From a virus: a DNA stretch of 64,000 nucleotides. Each line of letters opens with the position of its first letter. Position 1 is the first letter of the stretch. Below are positions 28,352 to 36,605 of the stretch, one piece after another. The position numbers were made by a program, and so were the translations under genes. The stretch is taken from the IMG/VR virus record IMGVR_UViG_3300045988_011398. One strand, written 5' to 3'. The notes under the pieces were generated by a model that saw only the letters and a list, made by a program, of their open reading frames with translations, did no database searches and had not been told where the DNA came from.

Positions 28352-29866
28352 TTAGCCCTGTAGTACAGCAGGGATTAGTGACATAGTTCTTGTTGGGTCA
28401 AGAACACAGATACCAAGTGTAGCCATTCTGTGAATAACTGCTGAGTCCTCATCAAATGACATATAAGGATTACCCTTTTGCCCTGTGAATGGGTTTCTCA
28501 GACCCCACTGATAACCTCTGTATTCAGTATCACCCTTAATCTTACACTTGAAGATATTAGGTTGGTCCATAGTACCAATGTACATAATATCATATCTGTA
28601 AGACATAGCCACACCACCAAGTGGGTGAAGGATTTTATTTCTTACTGGGTCATCATAGAATGGGTCTACATCAATCTTAACTCTTACACCATTAGGTGCT
28701 TTATACTCTACAAACTGGAATCCAGCAGATAGAGAGTTAGAGTGAAGTCTTGATTGTGTCTTCTCAATTACACCAATTGAACTGTTGTCAAGTACAAATT
28801 GAGTCCAACCTGATACTACATTCAGTACAGCCTTGTGGAACTGAATAGCACCTCTTTCACCTGTCTTGATTAAGAAGTATCTATCACCAAAGTCCAACTT
28901 AGCGGCAGATAGCTCATACAGTGCATCCTCAAGCAACTTCAGTGAGAATGTATTGTAATACATAGTGTTGGCTACTTCCATTTGCTCAAATAGACCAGCA
29001 CCAGTCTTGATTACATTACCTGACTTACCAAAGTTCATGTACTCACCATTAGCATTTCTGTTAGAAGTACCAAATGCAAGTGCATTATTCTTATATTCAG
29101 AGAATTGCTGCTCTACTTCCCAGTCTACATTGTGCATCCACATTGTAGCTACAGACTTAACAAGCTTGCCACTTTCAGTAGCCTTAGTAATAGGCACACC
29201 TACAGCCAACTTCTTATTAAGCATAGAACCCGGAACTTTATGTTGGATTCTAATTGTAGACCACTCATTTCTCATAGAAACAGGGCTTGTGAATCTTACA
29301 TCACCAACCTTTCTTGATAGTTCCTTCTCTACAGGAGCAAAGTCTACAGAGAATCTTTCACCTGCAAGTAACCTCTCAGCAGGGCAACCTGTAGTATTAC
29401 CACCCATCAGCTCTACCTTGTAGACAGCATTAGTTCCTTCCATTCTTGCATCACCAAGGATTCTGAAAGGATATACCTGATTCAAGTGACCTACAATTAC
29501 CTCACCATCAGCAAACCAATCTTCAGGGAATACAAGATAGAAAGGAGTAGTTCCTACACCAACATTACTACTACTTGCAGTAACAACAGTGCCATTTTCA
29601 TCTCTTGCCTCCACAAGAGGAATGTTTCTTCTTGAAGAGCCAATTACATCCCAGTAATACTCATTGTCATCCTCAAATTCTCTTGTAGGGAATTGATTCA
29701 GGAATGTATCAAGGGTCTTTCCTCTGTAATAGGCAAGCAATTGAACCATCAGGTTTGTAGCCTTCTGTGGAGCTAACTGAAAGATAGAACCCAAGTGATT
29801 CTCCTTAGTAAGTCCCTTCCAGTGTTGGAAGCCTACCATTTGAAATTTACCTAACTTTCCAGCCAT
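28352..29866 (-). CDS. Major capsid protein (crAss-like MCP)
   Basis: 504 aa. Preceded by a very acidic scaffold-like ORF and followed by the strongest terminator hairpin of the module. The size, the N-terminus MAGKLGKFQMVGFQHWKG and the position match my recollection of crAss-like MCPs. No search possible. Confidence 0.7.
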   Translation of the reverse strand: MAGKLGKFQMVGFQHWKGLTKENHLGSIFQLAPQKATNLMVQLLAYYRGKTLDTFLNQFPTREFEDDNEYYWDVIGSSRRNIPLVEARDENGTVVTASSSNVGVGTTPFYLVFPEDWFADGEVIVGHLNQVYPFRILGDARMEGTNAVYKVELMGGNTTGCPAERLLAGERFSVDFAPVEKELSRKVGDVRFTSPVSMRNEWSTIRIQHKVPGSMLNKKLAVGVPITKATESGKLVKSVATMWMHNVDWEVEQQFSEYKNNALAFGTSNRNANGEYMNFGKSGNVIKTGAGLFEQMEVANTMYYNTFSLKLLEDALYELSAAKLDFGDRYFLIKTGERGAIQFHKAVLNVVSGWTQFVLDNSSIGVIEKTQSRLHSNSLSAGFQFVEYKAPNGVRVKIDVDPFYDDPVRNKILHPLGGVAMSYRYDIMYIGTMDQPNIFKCKIKGDTEYRGYQWGLRNPFTGQKGNPYMSFDEDSAVIHRMATLGICVLDPTRTMSLIPAVLQG

Positions 29867-29900
29867 AAATCTTTAATTATTTATCAGTTATTTAATATGT

Positions 29901-31070
29901 TTAGACATCAAGGTCCCAACCTTTTCCAATGAAAGATTCTGGGTCATCCTCAACTCCACTTGCAAACTTCAAATTTCCATCTGAGGTTCTTGATGTATTG
30001 TTGAGGGTATGCTCTAATTCCCTAAGACCTTTCTTTACTTCTTTTCTTACCTTGCCTTTAACCAGACCATCAAGGTTCTTAAAGCCATCAGTCAGTGTGA
30101 AAAGCAAGCCTACATTCTTGAGGAACTCAGTTCTATTCTCCATCTCATACTTTTGTATGGCTGTGAATAATTCTCCTGTTTCAGGGTCTTTGTAAACAGG
30201 CTTACTGATATTATCAAATACTTTCTGTCTTGTGGCTTTGTCTACTTGAATATCTCCAAATACTTTGGTGTCCTCAAGGATAGATTTCTTTAATTTCTCT
30301 GCCTGCTCTTTTCTTTCCTGAGCTTCTCTTTTCTCCTCTTCTTGAGCTTCCTTAACAAGATTATCATACTCATTTTGGAAGAACTCCTTATTACTTGCTA
30401 AAGCCTCTTTAGCATCTTCTATATCAGTACCAGAGTTAAAGGACTTCTGCACTTCTCTTTGTGCTCTTTCCTTACTATAACCTCTGTTAATGAAATCTTG
30501 GAAAATGAGTTGCTGTCTCAATTTCTCACCCTTGTCAGTCTCATCAGAGATTGCACTGTCTTGAAGAGAGTTAAGATAGCTGAGTGTATTCTCATATCTT
30601 TTTATCTCAGAAGGCTCAATACCAGCATTCAATGCCTCATCAATCCTCTTCTGTCTCTCATCAAATCTTGCTTGAATCTGTTTCTCAACAGCCTCAGCAA
30701 AGTCCTCAGGTGCTTTAATCTTATCAGCAGTCTCTTCATCAAGGTCTGGGAAGATACCTTCTTCTTTCAAGGCTTTGGCAATGGAAGAGTAGAAGTTGTT
30801 TTTGGGAGAAGTACCTTTTTCCTTGTCAGATTCAGTACCTTCCTTTTCCTTATTATCCTCTTTTCCACTACCTACGCTCTCTGGTTCTTCAGTAAATAAA
30901 GTATCTACATCAACAACCTCAGTAGTTTCTTCTTTGTTCTTGTCTTTATCCTCTTTTTCAGAGGTCTCCTCATTGGCAGGTGGAGTCTCCTGTGTCTCTT
31001 CATCATCTACAAACAGATTCTCTATTTCATCTGCTCCTAAGATGTTATCTAAACTTAGTTCTTCTTCCAT
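29901..31070 (-). CDS. Acidic scaffold-like protein (389 aa)
   Basis: Extremely Glu/Asp/Lys-rich, predicted helical (EEKREAQERKEQAEKLKK). Directly upstream of the MCP, with its own promoter box. Confidence 0.5.
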   Translation of the reverse strand: MEEELSLDNILGADEIENLFVDDEETQETPPANEETSEKEDKDKNKEETTEVVDVDTLFTEEPESVGSGKEDNKEKEGTESDKEKGTSPKNNFYSSIAKALKEEGIFPDLDEETADKIKAPEDFAEAVEKQIQARFDERQKRIDEALNAGIEPSEIKRYENTLSYLNSLQDSAISDETDKGEKLRQQLIFQDFINRGYSKERAQREVQKSFNSGTDIEDAKEALASNKEFFQNEYDNLVKEAQEEEKREAQERKEQAEKLKKSILEDTKVFGDIQVDKATRQKVFDNISKPVYKDPETGELFTAIQKYEMENRTEFLKNVGLLFTLTDGFKNLDGLVKGKVRKEVKKGLRELEHTLNNTSRTSDGNLKFASGVEDDPESFIGKGWDLDV

Positions 31071-31100
31071 ATCTTCTACCTCTTGTTTTATTAAAACAAT

Positions 31101-31133
31101 GCAAAGATATGCACAATTTCAGACTTACGCAAG
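31101..31133 (-). promoter_or_regulatory. Bacteroidetes-type promoter (-7 TATCTTTG)
   Basis: Gene-sense GCATATCTTTGCATTG, TTGCG at about -33, 31 nt upstream of the ATG at 31070. Confidence 0.6.
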
Positions 31134-31224
31134 TACATAAAGAATGCTCTTATAATAGTATAAGAAAAACATTTATCTTATACATAAAAAGAAAGGGCAA
31201 GATATTAATCCTGCCCCAACTTAA

Positions 31225-31896
31225 TTAGTCTTCCTTGAAGTAATTCCATAGCTTGAAGCCATCCTTGTAATCATCATCCTTGAACCAGAATATAACAGCA
31301 GATTCAATTATCTTTTGTTCTACTCCATCACCAAACCATGACTTAAACAGCTCACAGTAATCATGATACTGTGCATTGATAGCTACATATACATCAGCAT
31401 GAGTTACAGTCTGTGGTATGATACCTCTATATCTCTCACATACTTCTTTGGCTTTAGTCATGTCAAATTTCTCTCCAACATACTTTCTGCCATTCTCAAA
31501 GTGATACATATTAGATACTAAGTATCTTGCATAAGAGTCATTGAAGTGCTCATTACCAGTAGTGCTCTTACCCTTCATAGCTCTCATCATTTCATACATA
31601 TCCTCCTCACTCATGCCTTCTGACATTCTATTGAATCTATCAAAGAATCTGTGCTGACCTCTACTACCTGAGTTGAACATTTCATTGAACTCTTCAGGAT
31701 AGTTATGTCTTCTCATATAAAAGTCATCATACATTCTATCAGGCATTGGATAATCTCCATCACCATGATGTCTCATATAATGGCTTCTACTACCCTTAGA
31801 CATAAATTCCTTGAACTTATTCATGAACTCTTGTTCACTCATATTCTTGCCTATACCTTTATCTCTAAGGTATTCCATTAACATAAGTTCATCCAT
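31225..31896 (-). CDS. Hypothetical protein (223 aa)
   Basis: ORF in an operon context. Met/Tyr/His-rich. No motif recognised. Confidence 0.5.
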   Translation of the reverse strand: MDELMLMEYLRDKGIGKNMSEQEFMNKFKEFMSKGSRSHYMRHHGDGDYPMPDRMYDDFYMRRHNYPEEFNEMFNSGSRGQHRFFDRFNRMSEGMSEEDMYEMMRAMKGKSTTGNEHFNDSYARYLVSNMYHFENGRKYVGEKFDMTKAKEVCERYRGIIPQTVTHADVYVAINAQYHDYCELFKSWFGDGVEQKIIESAVIFWFKDDDYKDGFKLWNYFKED

Positions 31897-31901
31897 ATTT
31901 C

Positions 31902-32282
31902 TTAGTCTTTAGTGATTAACATTTCTTTGAAATTCTCTAAGTCTGTCATGTCAAATACCAGTCTCTTATCTGTAAGAGGTATGTTAAGTTTAATACTTCC
32001 ACCACCTACTTCTATGTCACCAATAAATGAAGTCTTGAAGGTAAATGGTTGAGTAGTCATCAGGTTCTCCATCATTTCTGACAGTATTCCCTCTACATCT
32101 ACATTACCATTCTCATCAGCTATTAAATCCAAAGCCTTAGTAACTTTACTGAAATTCTTATCCAAAGCCCTTGTAATAAGGGGTTTCATAAAGCCTACCA
32201 TAGGAGTAGTCTTGGACATTGAATCAAGTTGTGTTGCTATATAAGACTTCAGCTTGTCAGTCAATTGTATCACAGCCACCAT
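31902..32282 (-). CDS. Hypothetical protein (126 aa)
   Basis: ORF tightly packed with its neighbours. Confidence 0.5.
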   Translation of the reverse strand: MVAVIQLTDKLKSYIATQLDSMSKTTPMVGFMKPLITRALDKNFSKVTKALDLIADENGNVDVEGILSEMMENLMTTQPFTFKTSFIGDIEVGGGSIKLNIPLTDKRLVFDMTDLENFKEMLITKD

Positions 32283-32284
32283 AA

Positions 32285-32794
32285 TTACATATTTGCTTTA
32301 ATAAATTCATCATAGGTTACTCCGGGATGTTGTTTACTATACTCCCTGAACCTTCTAAACATTTCCATTTCCCTATTAGTTTCATCAATTATTTTACCCT
32401 TCAATCTTTTGACTGTTTTCAATTGATGAGATAATAGCTCTTTACCCTCTGGAGTGCTTTCAATTCTGCCTTTTACAAGATTAAGAATCTCAGCATTCAC
32501 CATATTTTGGATTTTAGTGTAAGTCTCAACATAATCCTCATCCTGAAGAAGTCTGCTCTTCTGCTCATCAGTCATTGGTTCTACCTCAGCATCAATATCA
32601 TCCCATATTAATTTCTGAGGAGGAATTGGCTGTTGTGGCATAGGTTGCTGGACTTGTTGCTTCATTTGCTTTGCAGCTTCAAGGTTCTGTTTGTATCTCT
32701 CAAGCAATTGAAGTTGCTCATCAAGACTATTTCCTATTACACTGCCTCCTAATAGAGGGTCTCCTCCTAATATAACTTGATTTACTGGAATCAT
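32285..32794 (-). CDS. Hypothetical protein (169 aa) with a Gln/Pro-rich linker
   Basis: ORF containing QQVQQPMPQQPIPPQ. Packed with its neighbours. Confidence 0.5.
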   Translation of the reverse strand: MIPVNQVILGGDPLLGGSVIGNSLDEQLQLLERYKQNLEAAKQMKQQVQQPMPQQPIPPQKLIWDDIDAEVEPMTDEQKSRLLQDEDYVETYTKIQNMVNAEILNLVKGRIESTPEGKELLSHQLKTVKRLKGKIIDETNREMEMFRRFREYSKQHPGVTYDEFIKANM

Positions 32795-32822
32795 ATCTCA
32801 CAATTTTGAAATTAGTATTTGA

Positions 32823-32848
32823 AATAAGGGGTATTTCTACCCCTTATT
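32823..32848 (-). terminator. Intrinsic terminator
   Basis: 11-bp stem AATAAGGGGTA / TACCCCTTATT with a 4-nt loop, directly after the stop at 32852. Confidence 0.7.
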
Positions 32849-32851
32849 ATC

Positions 32852-33652
32852 TTAGGCATTTGCAGGAGCAGCAGCAGTAGCAGCATTAGAGCAGCAGCAA
32901 TAGCTACCAAAACCTGTTACAGTAGGAGTATTAGGTAATACTACCTGACCTTCAATCATCTTGCAAGTCTTTCTATCTGTGTAGTTGATACCAGCAGTGA
33001 ATGCCTTGTCAATCTCACATTGGATAAGCTTGTCCTGATATGGTCTTATAGCAGCATTAATAGCTACTTGTGCCTTCAGGTCAGACAATTCTTGTCTGAT
33101 AGAATCATCAGCATCTCTTTGTGATTTGTATAGATTGAAAGCATCAGCATTTTGCTTAGCACTCAATACATCAAATCCATCTCTTGTGCTCTTGTATAGA
33201 CCAAAGTCTGCATCAATCTGGCTCTTCCAAACACTGAACAACTCAGCATTCAGAGTTTGTCTGTCAGCAAATCTTTGTGATTGCTGTGTTAGTGCCCAGT
33301 CATAAAGACCCTTCTGTAGAGCAAGAGTGTCCTCACAGCTCTTTTCCCATGCTTGGAATGCAGTAGGAGCAGCATATCCATAACCACTTCCAACTCCACC
33401 ACAAGAAGCAATAGCTATGTTAGCATCACTTCCTGAAGTTCCAGTACCAGAGTTACCAAATAGGCTGAAACCATTTCTTCTACCAAGCAATGCAGCACCA
33501 CCAAGTACAGTACCTATAATACCAAGAGTCAGGCCTGCATTAGCCTTGCCATTGACATTTCTACCATAGCCATAGCCTCCATAGCCACAGTTTTCCCAGT
33601 AACCATAAGGAACTTCCTTTGTCTTTTCTACTTGCTTTTCAATAATTTCCAT
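32852..33652 (-). CDS. Gly/Tyr-rich membrane-associated hypothetical protein (266 aa)
   Basis: GYGGYGYG repeats, a hydrophobic GLTLGIIGTVLGGAALLG segment and a C-terminal CCCS cluster. Flanked by a promoter box and a terminator. Confidence 0.5.
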   Translation of the reverse strand: MEIIEKQVEKTKEVPYGYWENCGYGGYGYGRNVNGKANAGLTLGIIGTVLGGAALLGRRNGFSLFGNSGTGTSGSDANIAIASCGGVGSGYGYAAPTAFQAWEKSCEDTLALQKGLYDWALTQQSQRFADRQTLNAELFSVWKSQIDADFGLYKSTRDGFDVLSAKQNADAFNLYKSQRDADDSIRQELSDLKAQVAINAAIRPYQDKLIQCEIDKAFTAGINYTDRKTCKMIEGQVVLPNTPTVTGFGSYCCCSNAATAAAPANA

Positions 33653-33709
33653 AATAGCAATTTTTGAAATTAGTTAATAAATCATTTCTCTTCTGTAAGC
33701 TTACAAGTG

Positions 33710-33717
33710 CAAAGGTA
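33710..33717 (-). promoter_or_regulatory. Bacteroidetes-type -7 box (TACCTTTG)
   Basis: Gene-sense TTTGACTTACCTTTGCACTTG, 58 nt upstream of the ATG at 33652. Confidence 0.5.
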
Positions 33718-33828
33718 AGTCAAATATCTCAGGATGCCTATCATTGCTAAAAAGCCCCATAACTTATTAAGTTACAGGGCTTTAATTTAGCATTATGTTA
33801 CTAATAATGATAAAAAGAAAGGTAGCTG

Positions 33829-34161
33829 TTATTTAGCTACCTTATCATGCTTGTAGAATACATCTACAATCTTGTTATATATGTAGGTAATCAAGTAGGC
33901 ATCTACCTCATCATTGTCTCTTTGAGGTCTATATCCAATGAAGTCCCATATATTATTCTTTATATGCTCAGCTTCATGAACAATACTACTTCCTCTCTTA
34001 GAGTTCACAGCTACTAATGATGCTCCATACTGAGATTTTGTTATGGCTCTTGGCTCTGGACCACCATCAAATAAGTGTTCTACTTCTTCCCACTTATCAA
34101 ATATGACTATAGTTAATTTATAGTCAAAGATGGGTATATTTATCTTCTTTTGTGTTACCAT
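33829..34161 (-). CDS. Small HExxH-motif protein (110 aa), putative zinc metallopeptidase-like
   Basis: SIVHEAEHIKNNIW contains HEAEH. Otherwise unrecognised. Confidence 0.4.
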   Translation of the reverse strand: MVTQKKINIPIFDYKLTIVIFDKWEEVEHLFDGGPEPRAITKSQYGASLVAVNSKRGSSIVHEAEHIKNNIWDFIGYRPQRDNDEVDAYLITYIYNKIVDVFYKHDKVAK

Positions 34162-34209
34162 GACTTTTTCTCCTCTTAGTCATTTCAACAAACTCTATTA
34201 TGGACATTA

Positions 34210-34551
34210 TTAAGCAAGCTGCGATTTTGGCTTGCTCCGCAAGCTGCGATTATCTCTACTCTTCCTGACAAATTCATCCAAGTCTTTCTTAGACCAACTT
34301 AATTCTTTGAAACCAATTTCATGCTTGCCTTTAGGCAATTTGCCTTCTCTCACATAATTATCAAAGGTTGCTCTACTTACATTCAAGTATTCACAAGCAG
34401 CATATTTACTTAGTCTCTTCTCTTTGTCAGTCAATTCCTTTAGTGTATCAATCAACTTGGTGGCTTCATCTTCAGTTATATTTGAATTACCTGCATCTAT
34501 GTCATCCACTATCTTCACCAACAGGCTTCTTATGATTCTTAACATACACAT
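34210..34551 (-). CDS. Helix-turn-helix DNA-binding protein (excisionase/MerR-like HTH)
   Basis: KYAACEYLNVSRATFDNYVREGKLPKG has the typical HTH_17-like pattern. 113 aa, start uncertain (overlaps the upstream ORF by 50 nt). Confidence 0.5.
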   Translation of the reverse strand: MCMLRIIRSLLVKIVDDIDAGNSNITEDEATKLIDTLKELTDKEKRLSKYAACEYLNVSRATFDNYVREGKLPKGKHEIGFKELSWSKKDLDEFVRKSRDNRSLRSKPKSQLA

Positions 34552-34909
34552 ACAATATTATAAATAGTGAAACACCTGTTATTACACTATGCAGCATTAA
34601 CAACTCAAAGTTTGTGATTGGTATGCCTACATAGTAATCAATTATGTTTATTATATCTGTTGCAAGTATATAATACAAGAACATTCTATGATATAAACAA
34701 AACCTGAATACTATAGCTGACAGGTACATAAATATCCAAGTAAGCAAAGACATCCCTGCAATATTACTTAGTACAGGGATGTCAATACCAATATAAGCTG
34801 TGGCAGTGTTAATTACATAGAATAATGCTATGAGCATAGGTATATACTTCAGCATTATCAGTAATAACTTATACAAAGACTTACTTTTTAAGTTTTCCTC
34901 CTTTGCCAT
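34502..34909 (-). CDS. Multi-pass membrane protein (135 aa), holin-like candidate
   Basis: Three to four hydrophobic helices (IPMLIALFYVINTATAYIGI, MSLLTWIFMYLSAIVF, GVSLFIILYVYV). Adjacent to a putative wall-hydrolase gene. Confidence 0.45.
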   Translation of the reverse strand: MAKEENLKSKSLYKLLLIMLKYIPMLIALFYVINTATAYIGIDIPVLSNIAGMSLLTWIFMYLSAIVFRFCLYHRMFLYYILATDIINIIDYYVGIPITNFELLMLHSVITGVSLFIILYVYVKNHKKPVGEDSG

Positions 34910-34973
34910 ATCTGCCTTTCTTAACTCCTGCTTTTGGAGACATTGGTTTAGGTCTCCCAGTTCTTCTTGCCAT
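34881..34973 (-). CDS. Tiny Lys/Gly/Arg-rich ORF (30 aa), speculative
   Basis: ATG at 34973. MARRTGRPKPMSPKAGVKKGRYGKGGKLKK-stop. Overlaps the start of ORF 34502-34909 in another frame. Below the ORF-track cutoff. Confidence 0.2.
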   Translation of the reverse strand: MARRTGRPKPMSPKAGVKKGRYGKGGKLKK

Positions 34974-34993
34974 AATGATTAAATTTTTAATTG

Positions 34994-35047
34994 TTACTTA
35001 CTCTTTTTACCTTTGCCTTTACCTTTGCAACCACATTTCTTTGCCAT
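34994..35047 (-). CDS. Tiny Lys/Gly-rich ORF (17 aa), speculative
   Basis: MAKKCGCKGKGKGKKSK-stop. Shares the ATGGCAAAG start context with the two ORFs downstream. Confidence 0.2.
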   Translation of the reverse strand: MAKKCGCKGKGKGKKSK

Positions 35048-35065
35048 AATAACAGTATTTAATGG

Positions 35066-35494
35066 TTAAACAATTTCTATAGTTATCTCTTCTCCTCTTG
35101 CAATAGCTTCCTTCATCATCTTAACTAACCTTTCCTCATAAGGGGTTGAATTAAGTACCTTTCCTACTGCCTTATTCTCCCCTACAAGTATGCAACCTGC
35201 TGAGTCTTTAGCAGTATTTCCTCTGTGAATCAGGATACCTTCAAATGAAGGTACATCAAGCAGTCTTGGTAGTTCCCTTTTGAACTTAGGAGACATATTT
35301 ACCACTATCTTATATGTGCCAAAAGGAATACAAGTCTCTCCATAAACCTTTGCTTCACCATTGTCAAACTTCCCATTCTTATTCACATCCCTATTCTTGT
35401 CTTCAAGAGTATTAGAAAAGAATGAGCCATCAACATAAAGATTGCCTATTGTATAGGTGTCCTTAAAATACTTTCTCTCAAGCTTTAGTTTCAT
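35066..35494 (-). CDS. Putative cell-wall hydrolase / endolysin candidate (DUF5675-like, His...Cys motif)
   Basis: GILIHRGNTAKDSAGCILVG resembles the H-x(n)-S-x-G-C catalytic signature of YkuD-like L,D-peptidases. 142 aa, flanked by membrane proteins. Confidence 0.4.
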   Translation of the reverse strand: MKLKLERKYFKDTYTIGNLYVDGSFFSNTLEDKNRDVNKNGKFDNGEAKVYGETCIPFGTYKIVVNMSPKFKRELPRLLDVPSFEGILIHRGNTAKDSAGCILVGENKAVGKVLNSTPYEERLVKMMKEAIARGEEITIEIV

Positions 35495-35861
35495 CTTTAT
35501 CCTCCTCTGTATGGGGAGCTACCTCCCCTAATATTTCTCTAATCTGCTCTTCTGTGTAGAACTTTCTCTTGATACAACCATTATCAAGACATGAGTTATT
35601 CAATAGTCTATGAATAACACCCTTCAATCTATAAACTTCTATCCTGTTATTTTCAGCCAAGTCAATATAGAATTGAAGTTTCTTGTTGTTGTCCTTTACA
35701 ATACTCTCATAAAACTCAAGTGACTTCTTCAGATTTTCAATTTCATTAGAATCCACCTCAGTATTGTACTTCTTTCTTGCGAAGAACCATGAAGTCCAGC
35801 CACTGACTACTGTAGTAACTAAACCTATCCCACCAGTAATTAGAATACCTACATCAATCAT
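35478..35861 (-). CDS. N-terminally anchored coiled-coil protein (127 aa), lysis-accessory (spanin/holin-like) candidate
   Basis: TM segment GILITGGIGLVTTVVSGWTSWFF followed by a helical charged domain. Confidence 0.35.
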   Translation of the reverse strand: MIDVGILITGGIGLVTTVVSGWTSWFFARKKYNTEVDSNEIENLKKSLEFYESIVKDNNKKLQFYIDLAENNRIEVYRLKGVIHRLLNNSCLDNGCIKRKFYTEEQIREILGEVAPHTEEDKDETKA

Positions 35862-35867
35862 AATACC

Positions 35868-36494
35868 TTACTTTACAATTTCAATGAATCTTTGTTGTTT
35901 GTTCTCAATATAAGGGTTCTTCTCAACAACTTCTACTTCCACTACCTTATGTTTCTTTTGAAACCATCTGGCTATAAAACACTTTTTAGGTGGGTCTATA
36001 GTCTCCTTCCTATAATCTACTATTACATATTTCTCACTAATGAATTTAGGCTCAGTTATAATTGTGCTTGGGTATCTAAGACCTAATTTCAATTGATACC
36101 ACTTGTCTCCCAACAATGTATCAACTCTTACCAAAGGGTCTCTAAATATAGTATCTCTAAATACAATAGTATCCTTCTTCTGAGCTTCTGACAGGAGATA
36201 CTGCATTTGCTTCAAATCCTTGTCCTTTATTCTCAGTTCCTTCCTGACCTCATTCATCTTTGTAATCAATGAGTCATTAAAGTATTCAAGCTGTTCTACT
36301 GTAAACTGAAATGCTCTATTTTGGTCTTTCAATCCACTATTCTCTATAGCAAATGCTTTTTCATTAGACTTAGATATATCTAATTGAGACTCTAATGATT
36401 TGTTATTCTGATATAATATATAAGTTGATATGGATAATATACCAACAATAACCAATACCAGTATCTTTATATATTTAGATAATCTCTCTATCAT
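35868..36494 (-). CDS. N-terminally anchored protein (208 aa), lysis-accessory candidate
   Basis: TM segment ILVLVIVGILSISTYILY followed by a coiled-coil. Own -7 box at 36515-36522. Confidence 0.35.
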   Translation of the reverse strand: MIERLSKYIKILVLVIVGILSISTYILYQNNKSLESQLDISKSNEKAFAIENSGLKDQNRAFQFTVEQLEYFNDSLITKMNEVRKELRIKDKDLKQMQYLLSEAQKKDTIVFRDTIFRDPLVRVDTLLGDKWYQLKLGLRYPSTIITEPKFISEKYVIVDYRKETIDPPKKCFIARWFQKKHKVVEVEVVEKNPYIENKQQRFIEIVK

Positions 36495-36514
36495 AGCCCA
36501 TTACTTTAATAATA

Positions 36515-36522
36515 CAAAATTA
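36515..36522 (-). promoter_or_regulatory. Bacteroidetes-type -7 box (TAATTTTG)
   Basis: Plus-strand CAAAATTA, 21 nt upstream of the ATG at 36494, just downstream of tandem terminator hairpins. Confidence 0.45.
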
Positions 36523-36546
36523 TAAATTATAATTGGATTATACAAT

Positions 36547-36598
36547 AGCATAAATAAAATATTTATGCTAAGAACAGTGTCTGAAAAGACACTGTTCT
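36547..36598 (-). terminator. Tandem terminator hairpins after the tail-fibre gene
   Basis: AGCATAAATA aaa TATTTATGCT (36547-36569) followed by AGAACAGTGTC tgaaaa GACACTGTTCT (36571-36598). Confidence 0.7.
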
Positions 36599-36605
36599 TT
36601 CTTCT

